Source of the DNA: Macrostomum lignano
Lineage: Eukaryota
Assembly (NCBI GenBank): GCA_002269645.1
Contig: NIVC01000129.1
Span: 480,755-544,754, forward strand
Direction: 5' to 3'
Length of the DNA: 64,000 nt
Shown here: in pieces, positions 13,901 to 25,800 of the stretch
Layout: the number at the start of each line of letters is the position of its first letter
Position numbering within the stretch: the stretch's first letter is position 1
Program-made: the position numbers and the translations under genes
Notes under the pieces: generated by a model
Told to the model about the DNA's origin: nothing
Database searches by the model: none
The model's input: the letters and a program-made list of their open reading frames with translations, nothing else

Positions 13901-16106
13901 TGGCTCCTGCTCCAGGTGTCGATCCGGTACCTGCAGTCGCTCCAGTTTCAGAAGTAGCTCCTGCTGCAGGTGTCGATCTGGTACCTGCAGTGGCTCCAGT
14001 CTCAGCAGTGGCTCCTGCTCCAGGTGTCGATCCGGTACCTGCAGTCGCTCCCGTTGCCTCAGTAGCTCCTGCTCCAGGTGTCGATCCGGTACCTGCAGTG
14101 GCTCCAGTCTCAGCAGTGGCTCCTGCTCCAGGTGTCGATCCGGTACCTGCAGTCGCTCCCGTTGCCTCAGTAGCTCCTGCTGCAGGTGTCGATCCGGTAC
14201 CTGCAGTGGCTCCAGTCTCAGCAGTGGCTCCTGCTCCAGGTGTCGATCCGGTACCTGCAGTCGCTCCAGTTTCAGAAGTAGCTCCTGCTGCAGGTGTCGA
14301 TCCGGTACCTGCAGTCGCTCCAGTGGCTTCAGTGGCGCCTGCTCCAGATGTAGTTCCGGTACTCGCGGTAGCACCTGTTCCTGGTGGGGATCCACTTTCA
14401 GTAGTGGCTCCTGTTCCTGCAGTAGCACCTGTTTCGGGAGTCGCTCCCGTTGCCGGAGTCACTGGTTCAGCTGTGGATCTTGTCGATGGGTTTGTAAATC
14501 CTGCTGTTTCTCCTGTGCTTAAGGTGGCAGTGGCGGGCGTTGTTGATGCGCTTGGTGCTTGAGTCAAATACTTCGATGTCGAGTTGGCGCAGAAGCATGC
14601 TTTTCCTACGGTTGTTTGACTCTGGACATCTGAAAAGTATGGCGTAATCCGGGTGCGGCTAATCAAATCGAATTGAATCGTTTACAAGGATATCAAATAA
14701 TGATATCTGGATAATGAAATAGCAGCGTACTAACTTAAAGGACTTCGACATCCTGTTGCCATCTTTTTAGGAAGCATCACATATGTGCCCTGGTCTAGTC
14801 ATAACTCATTTATGGCTCTTACCCTCCCAAGAGCACAAGGCCGGTGCACTTTACCGCCGTTGATTGTCTGGTCAAATAATATTCACAGGAGGGCTGCTTA
14901 CATACTGCCGCAAAGACTTTGGTGCATCTTCCCACAACAAGTGCTCAAGAACTTCTGCCCGCTTCCCCGACTCCTGAGCACAGACAAGCGCGCCAATACT
15001 GTACGCAGGCACGCACTCACGCACACGCTCATACAGGGTGTACAGCAGCCCTGACTTTCTAATCGTCAGGCATGTAGTAATGTGAGCCTGCTTTAGCGGT
15101 TCTCATCTCTAGCAGGTGGCAGTAAAAATGCACGAATGTTGCGGTCAGTGATTGCGATTGCAATGGTGAGGCACACGACGAACGCTGAAAAGCTGCGAGC
15201 TGTCGGAATGGCTGAAGCGCTTCTTGCAAGGCGCTTGCGCGTCACTTTGGCTGGGCCGAAAACGACCCGGCAGCAGCAGAATCCGCCGCAGGAGAGCATT
15301 AACAGTCTCGTGCTCAGAAAGCAGAGTTGCTGCCCTGCTTCGAGTTAGCGGGGCGCGTACATCCGCTACTGACTTCTATTGAGAGACTGTCTGTATGTGC
15401 ACCTTTGTGTGATACGATGCACTTTACTGTCGCAGCCTTCTGCTGAGACGCTGTGGCTGTTACGCAACTCTGCTGACCCGCGGCACCCAGCAAGGGACGG
15501 GAATGGGGTTGGCTGTCGCTGAGAGTAAGTCAAGGCCCAATATCTGCCTAATTTCTGGGATCAACTTTATTTAAATTTTATATAAATAGCTTCCTACAGT
15601 TTGGGTTTTAAGCCGATTGACAACTGTTAAGCTCTAAAAGACAGATTGAGTAATCTATATCTATATTTTAAAGTCAGGGCAGTCTATTCTAGCGGATAAC
15701 TTAAAGCGCTTAGCACTACGCAAGTTGAGTACTCGTAGTCGCATCCATGCGACACTCAAACCCCCAGCCAGGGCAGCAGTCAGGCCCATTCCGCTGACCC
15801 TGAGACGGAAAATGTACCCAGGCACACGCTCAAACAGGGTGCACCGCGGCGCTGACTTACTCCTAATTGTCAGGCTGTTGCCTTGAGGGTCGGCTGTCAT
15901 TGGCGTGACTTGCACGAACCCCTGGTTCATTGTGCCTTCAGTTTCGCGTGCAAAGTCGAACTTGGTAATTTGCTGTGTGAGTCAGACACGGTGTAATCAC
16001 TGAGCTACTCAGCAGCTCTGTTCTCACCTGGAAGTCGTGAAGAAACCAGAAGCAGAACGACCCAGCAACTGGTCCGAGCCCACGGAGCCTGGCCGCAACG
16101 AAGCAT
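4949..16106 (-). CDS. Membrane-tethered mucin-like type-I glycoprotein (about 2,100 aa): signal, giant PTS exon, discoidin-like domain, furin sites, SEA-like domain, TM, tail
   Basis: Phase-consistent exons: 16106-16028 (MLRCGQAPWARTSCWVVLLLVSSRLP, donor GTGAGA, phase 1), 14629-9680 (4,950 nt, T/G/A/S/P/E-rich, phase 1-1), 9581-9382, 6152-5271 (RRRR and RSRR sites, SEA-like YDTALGDGNSAGFMSLARE, TM AIALLCVLGVVLVAAALGAFWW) and 5155-4949 (cytoplasmic tail). An alternative donor after 4953 may join a micro-exon at 4834-4825. Confidence 0.85.
6335..6716. mobile_element. Putative MITE with GGTCATAAATCA subterminal repeats
   Basis: AGGTGCGG..GGTCATAAATCA (6335-6360) matches the reverse complement of TGATTTATGACCGCACCT (6698-6715); internal 12-bp inverted repeat 6668-6679/6698-6709. 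No TSD seen. Confidence 0.45.
6780..6900 (+). promoter_or_regulatory. LTR-like promoter block (duplicated CCAAT plus TATA-like) in the mucin intron
   Basis: CTCAGCCAAT(T/C)AG twice and TTATAACAAAT twice in a ~40-bp tandem arrangement, followed by CTATTTAAA. Antisense to the host gene. No paired LTR found. Confidence 0.3.
8549..8596. repeat. 16-bp tandem repeat x3
   Basis: CAAGTCACGAG(T/C)GCGG repeated three times. Confidence 0.85.
9780..10322 (-). repeat. 21-bp coding tandem repeat (PGGATTV/L heptads) in the mucin exon
   Basis: The plus-strand unit GTCGTGGCTCCTCCAGGTACA and variants encode PGGATTV, PGEATTL and AGLGLTTV. Confidence 0.9.
10500..14340 (-). repeat. 54-bp coding VNTR (about 70 units, GATAGTGSTPGAGATEAT)
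   Basis: The plus-strand unit GATCCGGTACCTGCAGTCGCTCCCGTTGCCTCAGTAGCTCCTGCTCCAGGTGTC is 54 nt, with EAT/AET/SET and PG/PA variants. Confidence 0.95.
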
Positions 16107-19100
16107 CGCTCAGGTGAAATCGATGAATGCCGAATGCCGAACGCAGATCGGGAAGGCTGACAACGCTAAACGAAAACGCAGTTCGTTAGTCCGCCTCACG
16201 CGCTCTGCCGCTTTGCGCTTTTGTGCCGCGCTGGGTGGGGCCGGGGGGGGGGGATAAAAAACTGAATGGCTGGCAGGATTGTGTGTACAAATGCGCACTG
16301 ACAATAGGCGCGCTAAAAAAAGAAATTAGAGGTCCGACCGAGAGCTTCAGTCTCGCAGCCGGCGACTGCTCAGCGAGTGAGCGGCTAATTTGACCAACCC
16401 TCCGCCTCAATCTTACAGAGATACTCAAAGCTGACTGCAGAGCCGCAGGTGGGGTGGGAGTTGGCGGTGCGACAAACTGGGTGGGTCAGGGTGATGAGCG
16501 AAGCGGCAAGGACTCCGCTTTTGATGGAGTCTCTCGCCTTAGGTAAATAATTTGTCCGTCTAAAATTAGAAACACGCATTTTTTCATTCTGAGTTACCTG
16601 GCGAATTATTTATCTTTTTTATTAAAAAAATTGTGCTCAACAGCTGCATGGAGGTGAATGTTGCACTTTGGATTAAGTTTAAACATTCCATGCAGATTCT
16701 CTTTACAAGACCATGCAATCGCTGCAGTAGTTTGTGCTAAAACTATCCAGATGACCGCGTGATCAAGCAAGGCTAAGACACTTCAGAATTTCTAATAATC
16801 AGGCTCGTGATATCCATCAGATTTCAGTTTGGTGCGTTTGAAAAAAGTTTATTTTACGTGGACTCTTTAAAAATCAAAATAGGTCGCATCATATGTTTAA
16901 GGTTTAATTGCCATATTCTTGAAAGTTTTTGGTCAAGCCCTTAGAAAAGATTATGTGAGTAAATTCACCATTCATCGTTCTTTAATGAATGTTGACGCGC
17001 CTTCAGCCACCCCTTCTCTGCCCCCTTTCGGCTAGGGGGGGTCTCTGTTTGCGTAGCTTTGCAGCGTGTGGGGGCAGAGACGCGGGGGTCATCCGAGGCT
17101 GCGGTCTGCTCAACTCACGAGAGGACAAAAAAGCGCGGCAACTACCAAAGTTATCAGACAGCGGACTAACTGACAAAAAAGAAGTGTAAAAAAGGAGCAG
17201 CGAAACCATATTGCAACGAGGCTATGAAAATTCGGTGCAGACAAAAGAAGACAATTATGACTATGCCAATGCTTTTGTGAAACCAAGGCGTGGCACTTCT
17301 CTTGTGCAGACAGAAAGCTGTGTTAATTTAGCTCAAGTTTGACTTTCTTCTGAATACGAGTAATAGCTCGTATTTTCTATTTTTCTGTTTTGCTACCTTG
17401 AAAATTCGACTCATTCAGTCTGGTCATCATCTAATCTTAGTCATAGTTTTCTCCTGTCTTGTTGACCCTTTAACATGATAAAAGCCCGAAACATGCCCGA
17501 GACGAACAGTTTCACCGGTTTTCAGTTGTATTGCTTTTCAAATCTAGATGGTAATATCAAAAATTTTCATTCAAATTTCTTATTTATCCTAATGATTCAC
17601 ATGCAAAGCAAAGCACGCTACTTTAAGTAGTGCACCAATGAATTTCAGAAAGTATTGGCTGCTTAATAAGTTGAAATTCACCAATAAGTTTCCAAAGATT
17701 TTTTGTGAAATCCAGGGATCCTTTCAAACAGTTTATTTGTAACAGCCTGTCGGAAACCTTTGAGACTGTGCGTGATACTAACCTATTGACATGCCAAACA
17801 GGAAAATATTTATGTAGTGCATTTGTTATTTTTCAAAAAACTTTTGCTTGAATCGAGGCATAACGTTTGTACAAGAACGAACTTTCGTTGAACCGCTTCG
17901 GAACTTTGCGAAGACCATTGTCAGGGTTTTTTCTCCCTCATAGAAGTCAGTTGACACGCAGTGTAGACATCAAATCAAGCGTATAAATCAAGCATGTAGC
18001 AGGACCAGCTTAGAGCTGCCAGGAAATATCATTCAGAATCGTAAAACACTGACGTTTGAGGCGGCATACAAACTAACTTGCTTGCATATTTGGACTCCTT
18101 AGCTATGATTGATAGTTGATATTCATAATACAGAATTTTAAAAAGTTAATACATAACTGTTCCGAAAGAGTTGTCTTATTATCAATTGACTGTCTTGAAA
18201 AGTGGCGTGTCAAATGGTCCCTAACCCTACTCGTTTTTTTTAACTTCGTTAATTTTTAATTAATTGGAAATACTGGCGGATAACTTGAATACACTGTAGC
18301 TATCTATAACATCTGACATCCAGTGAACCGCTTTTAGAGCTTTCAGAAACGACGATTTTTTCTGGATAAAATCAAGTATAATAGGATTAAAATGCAACAA
18401 GACTACGAGCTAATATGGTCTACTATAAGCTTTCAAGTTGCACAAAAAGACAAAGTCCACAAATCTTCCACTTGAGTAGCCAGAAGACAAGTCACTAACA
18501 GCTGGTTGCCATCCGTCGTTGTCCCCGGAGTCACCGGCACTTCCAGAGTTGCTATAGTTCTGTGGGTGCAAAATGATCATTGAAAAAATTAGTCAGAACA
18601 CAAATATTGCAATCGATCAAGTACATTTATGCCACATGCGATCGCCTTTTGAGGAGTAGTCGATACAACAATGAAAAAACAGTCCAGTCCTATCCACGTG
18701 TTTTATGAGGCGTTTTAGGTTGATGGGGAATGAACAAAATCACAAAAATAAAGGTAATTTCTTCGAAAAGTGTTTTAGCTCATGAATTTACCAGCCTAGA
18801 CTAATATCATTGACTAAGCAATAGAGCAACTGCTCTCAGGATTTTTAATTGAAATCTCCCACGAAATTCTTAGATACTAATTTTTAGTATATAGGATTTT
18901 TTTCCTCGGCGCCTATGCATTGCAACGAATTGGCGTCTTTAACCACGTGAATTTCAGGAGAACCCTGGAAACGTAATCCTGCTCCATCATAATTATTCCT
19001 CGCAGCACGCAAAACCACTCCTATGTGTATCCTAAGCTGTCTAGAAGACCTGACCATGTGGTTCCACTAAACGTATTTTTGAGCCCCCTGTCAAGAGACT

Positions 19101-19466
19101 AGGAGCACTGCAAGCATTAAAAGACGGTACTCAAGCAATCTGAAGCCTGAGCTACGCTCGTAAGAGAATCCAAGCCGGCAGTTTTCTTACCGTCGCACAT
19201 ATCAAGTAGCAACCAAGCCAATTATAAAAGATGGATTCCCACGTTAATTTTTTATTATTCATAAGCTGATGATAGCTTATAGGGTTAGTAACTCGAAACT
19301 GACCAGCGAGTCCCCAGTGACTCCTACCCAAGACCGAGTGCGCACTGAAGCGAACACAAACATTCAGAGAAAGACAAATGAATCGACACTCCTTAAAGGC
19401 CGCAGTCGACTTAGCGTGTGTTCACCAGTTGAAGCGGACAGAATTGAGCGTCCGCTGTGTCCGCAA

Positions 19467-20900
19467 TCAGACTGCGGCTTCTTGCATCTGCACCGTCTGC
19501 GTCTTCGACTGGCACCCGTCGTGGATGCACCTTGGCTGCCACGACGGCTGGCGCTGGCGAGGTTGCTGTTGCCGCGGTTGCTGACCTCCGTCGTTTCCCT
19601 GACTGCGGCTGTTACTACTGAAATTGTCATCGGTGCGATGGCCCATCAGCTGGGGGCATCGGCAGGTGATGAAGGCTGCGAACGCTTCGCGCACCGAGCG
19701 CAGAGCCAGCAGCGACATGGCGGGGTTGGCCAGGCAGCTCAGCAGAGCCGGGTGAATCGCCGCCCTCTGCAGCCACCTCGGCGACCGGAGCAGCTCAGGA
19801 TCCAGCAGCGCAAGAAGCACCTGGTTTGAGAGTTGATAATAATAATAATAATAATAATTGATAGGCTTTCCGAATTCCATCAGACGCAATCTATTTCTAA
19901 TAGTTCAGATCTAAGTAATATGAACTGTTTGAAGTTTCTGTCAAAACTATTACTCCAGGGAACTAAAATTTGCTCCACGCGAACTCACAAGCGGCAGCCA
20001 GCACACGTGTCCCAGAAGGAGCGCCAGCAGGACGCGCCTCGCCCGACGGAAGTGAGCCGCTCGATGTTTAGCCGGCGCTACCGCCTTCGTGGCGTTCGCC
20101 ATCAGGCGGCGTCGGAGACGCTGACGCTGCAGTCGCTGAAGCTGGCTGAATGCCCGCTCGCCCCGAGCCACTGCGGCTGTTACGTGGCACAGGTAGAGCG
20201 CCGCCAGGCCCGTCTGACCAATCAGCAGGGACAGGCATGTCAGGCGCCACATCTGGCTGACAAGATTGTTGCTGCCGAAGCTCAAGAAGCTCACCACACT
20301 GCGCGTCGAATTCGATCGGCTATCGCCGTCCAGCTCGGCGCCATTGCAGACGCCATTGTCGGGAAAGAAGCCCGGAGCAGCGGCGGTGCCGAGAGCAGCT
20401 GCTGGCGCGGCGAACAGGCCCGAGTTGAGCAGCAGGGCCACCAGGCAGCTCACAAGAGCCAAGGGGTGACGGCATCGTCTCTGGCAGCAGCTTCTGCGCT
20501 TTGCATCTCCGCCGCTACCACTACTTCCCTGAGCGGCTGCTGGGCCGCGAAGGCGCTTGTGAATGCTGAGCGACATCAGCATGCGGAAGCTGGCGCTGAG
20601 ACCTGCGGCAGCGAGGAATGCTGGCTGAACGCCCCGGCAGAACCCCCAGTTGTAGGCTCGACTCGAAGTTGTCAGGACGAAAAAAGTGTAACACGGGATG
20701 TACACGACTGCGGTAAAGAAGTCAACGCAGGCAAGCGCCGCGGTGAACAACTGCAGCGGCTGGCAGGGTCGCAGGCAGGTGGCGATGGCGAAGACTAGCG
20801 CAAAGTTGGCTACGCTCGCGAACAGGCTGACGGTCGTAAGCATTGTGGCCTCAACGCCAGGGCCTTCGGCTGGTGGCGGCGAAAGGGGGGCCCGATCCAT
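19467..20900 (-). CDS. Orphan rhodopsin-like (class A) GPCR, two exons, about 421 aa
   Basis: Exons 20900-19989 (donor GTGAGT after CWLPL) and 19820-19467 (phase 0). Seven hydrophobic segments with TM1 Asn (VANF), TM2 LACVD, TM3 Cys (WGFC), TM6 CWLP, TM7 LANP and a helix-8-like REAF. Confidence 0.85.
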
Positions 20901-22087
20901 CTTTCGTTACTTTAGAGAATCGACTGAAAAGTTCGGGCTTCTAGAAAACTTTTCAGACTAGTCATATTTCTCCAGGGTTCTAGAACGGGTATTTATACTC
21001 AATAGGCCATCCAGCGTAGTTCACATCAAGGATATCATTTTTGATGTGTTGTTAATCTGCTGTCATGTGAGATCAGAAATTTTGTTGAAGCGTGGCCCAA
21101 GGCTTCTGTTGTCAACAGGGATTAGGGATACCTCATGCTTGGTCACTTGGAGGATGCGGTCTCACGGATCAATCAATGTCTGCTCCTAGGTGCAAAAGTG
21201 AAACTTTAGCAGCGCCATCACGCCAATGTGTCAAATGACATCCCGGGAGTTAAAATACGAGCCAGGCTTGAATGAGGTAGAGTGTGGGCGATTAAAGAAT
21301 CAGACGCCAACAGCTAAATATGATTGACACTTGACAGGCAGCTTGGATTTTCCAAGGTCCTGTGATACCCTTGTATATTGTTGGACAATTTATCAAGCAG
21401 GAAAAAAACAAAGTATCTGTAAGCTACTCTGTCAGCGATTGTGATGCAGGACGAAAAGCCTCTTCTGCTGTCAGGTGCCAGTCAAAGTTGGCATCAAATT
21501 TCCGGGCAAATCGCAAAAAGCCAGAAAGACATTGGCCAAGCCATCCGAGTCGACACGCCAATGCGGCTGCAAATAGTCTCTGACCCGCAGCTCATGGTAG
21601 ACTTTTTTCTCCTGCTATCGCCTTACATTCGTGCCTTGATGTCGGTGCTTATTTAAAAATAATCATTGACTTGCGAAAGACTCACTGATAAAGATTATGT
21701 CAAAACCAGTGTTCTTCATCCGACTTTGTTGTAAAGGAAATGTAAAAATGGCCCAACGAATATTTTTTTAATTAATCACCTTGTAAATGGTTGAAGGTCA
21801 CAGTTTGAAGTCAATGACCTCGTTCACATCGCTATCATAAAGGTAAAATTTCGTGTGACAATGCAACTTGTACATCAAATTAGATTATTTTTTACATTAG
21901 TTGTGTGATTTAGTGGTTCCTTTGAGGGCAGTGTTGATGAGCCTTAAGATTTGATTTAGTGAGAGCGATGTTACAACGAACTTTTTTATTTGCTGAGTAA
22001 GAAAACACACCGAGGAAAACCAAACACAAAAATTTAAATACAAAGTGTATAAAACTATTTTGGAACTACTGACAAAATTTGGGGTAG

Positions 22088-22177
22088 AAGGGGTTGTAGC
22101 CTAGTGGGAAGGAGTTGCGGAATAGTGGGAAGGGGTTGTAGTCTAGTTGGAAGGGGTTGTAGTATAGTGAGAAGAGG
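22088..22177 (+). repeat. 21-bp tandem repeat x4 resembling a tRNA/SINE 5' end
   Basis: Units AAGGGGTTGTAGCCTAGTGGG, AAGGAGTTGCGGAATAGTGGG, AAGGGGTTGTAGTCTAGTTGG and AAGGGGTTGTAGTATAGTGAG. Confidence 0.75.
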
Positions 22178-22362
22178 CTTTAGTTGTTGGGTGTGGCCAT
22201 AGACGACTCAGTCGCACACACACCCAGCCATGAGCTAAAGAAGCGATGCTTCAAGCTTGAAAAAAAAGAATGTTACGATAACATGAAATAAGACGCTCGG
22301 TTTAGAGAGCAATTATTAAGAGGTATTTGCTCACTGTCTTCCGCAAGAGAATAAGTCATAAC

Positions 22363-22685
22363 AGTAGTCTAATGGTTAGAGCGTCGGACTCGCAACTAAA
22401 AGGTCGGGGGGTTCGATTCTCTACCCACTCCGAACAGTTTGTGTCCTTGACCAAGACACTTGACTCTGCATTGCCTTCAGTTCACCCAGCTGTAAAATGG
22501 GTGCCAGCAGTAGCTGGGGTAATTGAGGGTGTGTGTGGCAACCCCTCAGTCCTTGGACAGAACAGACGTACGCAGCCTTCGCCCTTCAGATGCAATAGCT
22601 GCGGCAGAGCTGTCGGTTGCACATCTGCTCATTAGGCCAGGTGTAATCAAATTTTATTATTATCATATTTATAATTACTATTACT
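22363..22685 (+). mobile_element. tRNA-derived SINE with CORE-like domain (copy 2)
   Basis: A-box TAGTCTAATGGTTAG, B-box GTTCGATTCT (22411-22420), CORE-like GTGTCCTTGACCAAGACACTTGACTCTGCATTGCCTTCAGTTCACCCAGCTGTAAAATGGG (22441-22501) and a (TAT/TAC)n tail. Confidence 0.85.
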
Positions 22686-22702
22686 ATGGGGTAGAAAGTA
22701 CA

Positions 22703-22805
22703 TGATGTACGCATGAGTGGAGTGCACGCTTGGTGCGGTATGCAGGGCACAAGGTGAGTTAAAGTCAGTCAGTCAGTAGTCAGTGACAACCCTCCATTAG
22801 GTCAG
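22703..22805. repeat. Short dispersed repeat, second copy at about 37234-37341
   Basis: Shared TGATGTACGCA..CGCTTGG..GGCACAAGGTG..AGTCAGTAGTC.GTGACAACCC..CCAT. Confidence 0.65.
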
Positions 22806-22806
22806 T

Positions 22807-25800
22807 CTATACGCCGTTATCGTCGCCGGCAATCTTACTAAAATTGTCCTTGTCATCGGAGACCAAGTCGTTGGCTGGCGCGCCCGTAGCAGGCCTTGAA
22901 TAGTAAAAGATGGATTCAATTAATTTGATTTGGATTCAAATTGTAGGCACTATATGGTTGTAGAATAGCCACTCACGTTGGTCCGTAGTAGTTGTGACAA
23001 GCGGTTTCGGGCATTTGCACGACCGCTTCGAGAGTGCTGCCCAGCCTCCACTTGCTGATGTCAATCGCTTCGGAACTGTTCACTCCGGAGGATGCGCTCT
23101 CCACGCCAGCGCTGGCCTGATAAGCCAACCGTCTGGGTGGCGGTCCGCCAATCTGAAAGTATTGCAGCGAAGTTCAAGGCAGCTTAAGTTTCATCACCAT
23201 GCTTACCTTTCTTTTGACAATTTTTTAAACTTTAAATTTCACTTTGTTTATAGAACACCGAAGTCCAGAAGTCCGGGAGGTCTAGGAGAAGGTGATTGTC
23301 GATTTGCTTTCACAAGCAAACAGTTTTACAAAGACAGTAAACTTCACAAGCTTGAAACTTCTTTCACAAATTCCAAACTTAAAAGGGCTCGAAATTTTCA
23401 ATTAAGGGAAACTTCGATCAATAAATTGCACGTGAAGATTCTTGCCTTATGACGATTTGAAAGGCTCGATTTTATGGAAACGTCCAATATATCAGAAATT
23501 TTATGAAGAGATGAAAACGAATTGTTGATATTTTAATGTCGTGAAAATAATATATGCCAAAGAGAAACATTCTGATAATTGAAACACATCAACGTACCAC
23601 TTTCAGTCGCCACAGCACCAGGATCAGGACTGTCGCCAGGACCAGCAGAGACAGAATACTGATCAGGACGGCTGCATAAACTGGAAAACTCGGTTTTGGA
23701 GTACTCGAATCCGAAGACGACTCTGATCTGATTTTTAGGCCGACAATGGACCAGCCAACACCGGGGAGGATCAGAGTCAGCTGATCCCGCAAAAATTCGT
23801 TGCTGACTTCGGCAGCGCTTCGAACAACCAGCTTCCCGTCAAGCTTGGTGCCCGAGCCTTCAGCAGTGAACGTGATGCCAAAGAAGTCTCCGACTGCTGA
23901 AGTCAGATTAGTGACTGGCTTTCTGACGGAGTCAATTAGCAAGTAGTAGGACTCCCGTGCGAAGACCATGTATGCTTCTGAGCTGCTGTCCTCAAGCGCA
24001 CTGTCGAATGGCTTCAGTATAAAGACCCAAGCGATTAGAACGATTCGAGAGTTGGAAAACACCGGATCCTGGCCTGGGGGGCAAATGCAGCCAGACGAAG
24101 TTTCTCGTCGGACTCGAGAAATCGTTCGGAGGATCATTCGGTCAATATTTACGGCAACACCACGCCGTTTGCGCGATGTTGGACAGCTATATGCAGAGAA
24201 ATTGCCGCTAATGCTTAAGGTAAAGGCGTAGGGCTTGCCTGGGTCGGGAGCCTTTTTCGGGATGACAACAAGATAGCGGAAGTCGCCGTAGCGTTCGAAT
24301 TGGGATCGGCCGACGCAGTCTGTTGAGCGGTCAACAAAGCCTGAGAATACAATTCGCTGAGAGAGTTCAGACGCAGTGACACCAGAAATGGCTGCAGCCG
24401 AACTGTACTGTAGCAGGTTGCAGGTGGCACAGACGCTGGATACACAGATCTGCAAACGAGTTAAAAAAAAGAAAATTTTCTAACAGTTTTTGAAACGCGG
24501 TAAAATTTCCGTAAAAAAAGAGTCTAAATATAAACGATGTGTTGTACTTTAACTACTGCCATCTTTGTTACACCGTTGCCGTTGCCTGTTGCCATAGACA
24601 TCTTAGTTAAACACTACGTTAAATTAAGCTCAAGAAGAAGCGGCAGCAGCTGAGGCCGATTGTGTTCGGCAGCAGCTTCGCCGAGCTCAGGAAGATCGCA
24701 GAGGAGGCGGAGGCGGCCTTCTGCTGCCATGAGGCTCTGTCAGTGGACTGCGCCCTGAGCAGGCTTGCCATGTGGCAGAAGCCAGGAGATGGTGCCAGGA
24801 ATGGCATCAGGGCAGACAGTGTGCCCAGCAGGATCATCTCCAACTACGACTGGAAGCCCCCATCCGTGAGAGTCAAGGACGCACCCGAAGCCAACGCTAT
24901 GTTACTTCCTGTGACTGAAGTGTTCGTGAAGCCATCGAATGCCCGGTGCACGGACAAGTGGCCACGCGGCCAAGTGACAGGTCCAACCCGAGGCGTATCG
25001 GTGGAAGTCAACGGACTACCGCGCCATGTGGCTGACATCCGCCCCCGTGCCTGGCACCCAGCCGCAGCCACCTGGAGTCGGCAGATTGACACCTGTCGGA
25101 GCGCAGGGGTGCGGACCTCGGAGGTAGAAGCGCAGGAGGTCGGCACCCCAGCGCTATGCACCCTCCTAATATGTGATCTTGAGATTAGTGGGAAATGTTG
25201 TACTTTAACTACTGCCATTTCGTTACCGTTGCCGTTGCTTGTTGCCATAGACATCTTAGTTCTGTAATACGTTAAATTAAGCGTGCGCAGCGCAGCCTTC
25301 GCATTAAAAAAACCTTTTGCTCTGCCAGCGCTCTGTAACTACCATTATGTCTGAGGGGTCTATATTCCGAATTGAAACTGTAAAGATACTACTTTAAGTA
25401 AGAGCGACATAAAATATTATAGACCATTAGATAGGCAAACATGCGAAAGAAATGTCCAAGAAATTTCTAAGAAATACAGCAATTTTTGTCGTACTGGCAA
25501 ATGAACGAATAAATGGTTGATGCGGCTAAAATATACGAGTACTAAATATTCGCAGGATGTTGGATGTTACAAAACCTCCAACATTGTTCCACAACCAGTG
25601 CTTAGACAAATCCGCACGATTTTAAAATTGATTACGAGCTAAAACAATGATCCAAGCTACTGGCAGTAATGTGATGTAACCTTCTAATGCTTTCATGTCA
25701 TATGTATTCCCTTACAAATCTTATTGATAAATTAAGCTGTTTCCGACGAATGAAATGAGCTATCAAAACACCAGACTAATGTACATAGAAGGACAAAAAA

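Noticed and set aside
10453-14562. 1,369-aa plus-strand ORF (VAP-rich) and 961-aa alternative-frame minus ORF over the mucin repeat
   Set aside because: These are shadows of a stop-free 54-bp unit. Only the PTS frame has splice sites linking it in phase to signal, SEA and TM exons.
15093-15348. ORFs as candidate mucin signal exon
   Set aside because: No suitable phase-1 donor; 16106-16028 fits better.
19833-20798. 321-aa plus-strand ORF
   Set aside because: Antisense shadow of the GC-rich GPCR exon; no recognisable motifs.
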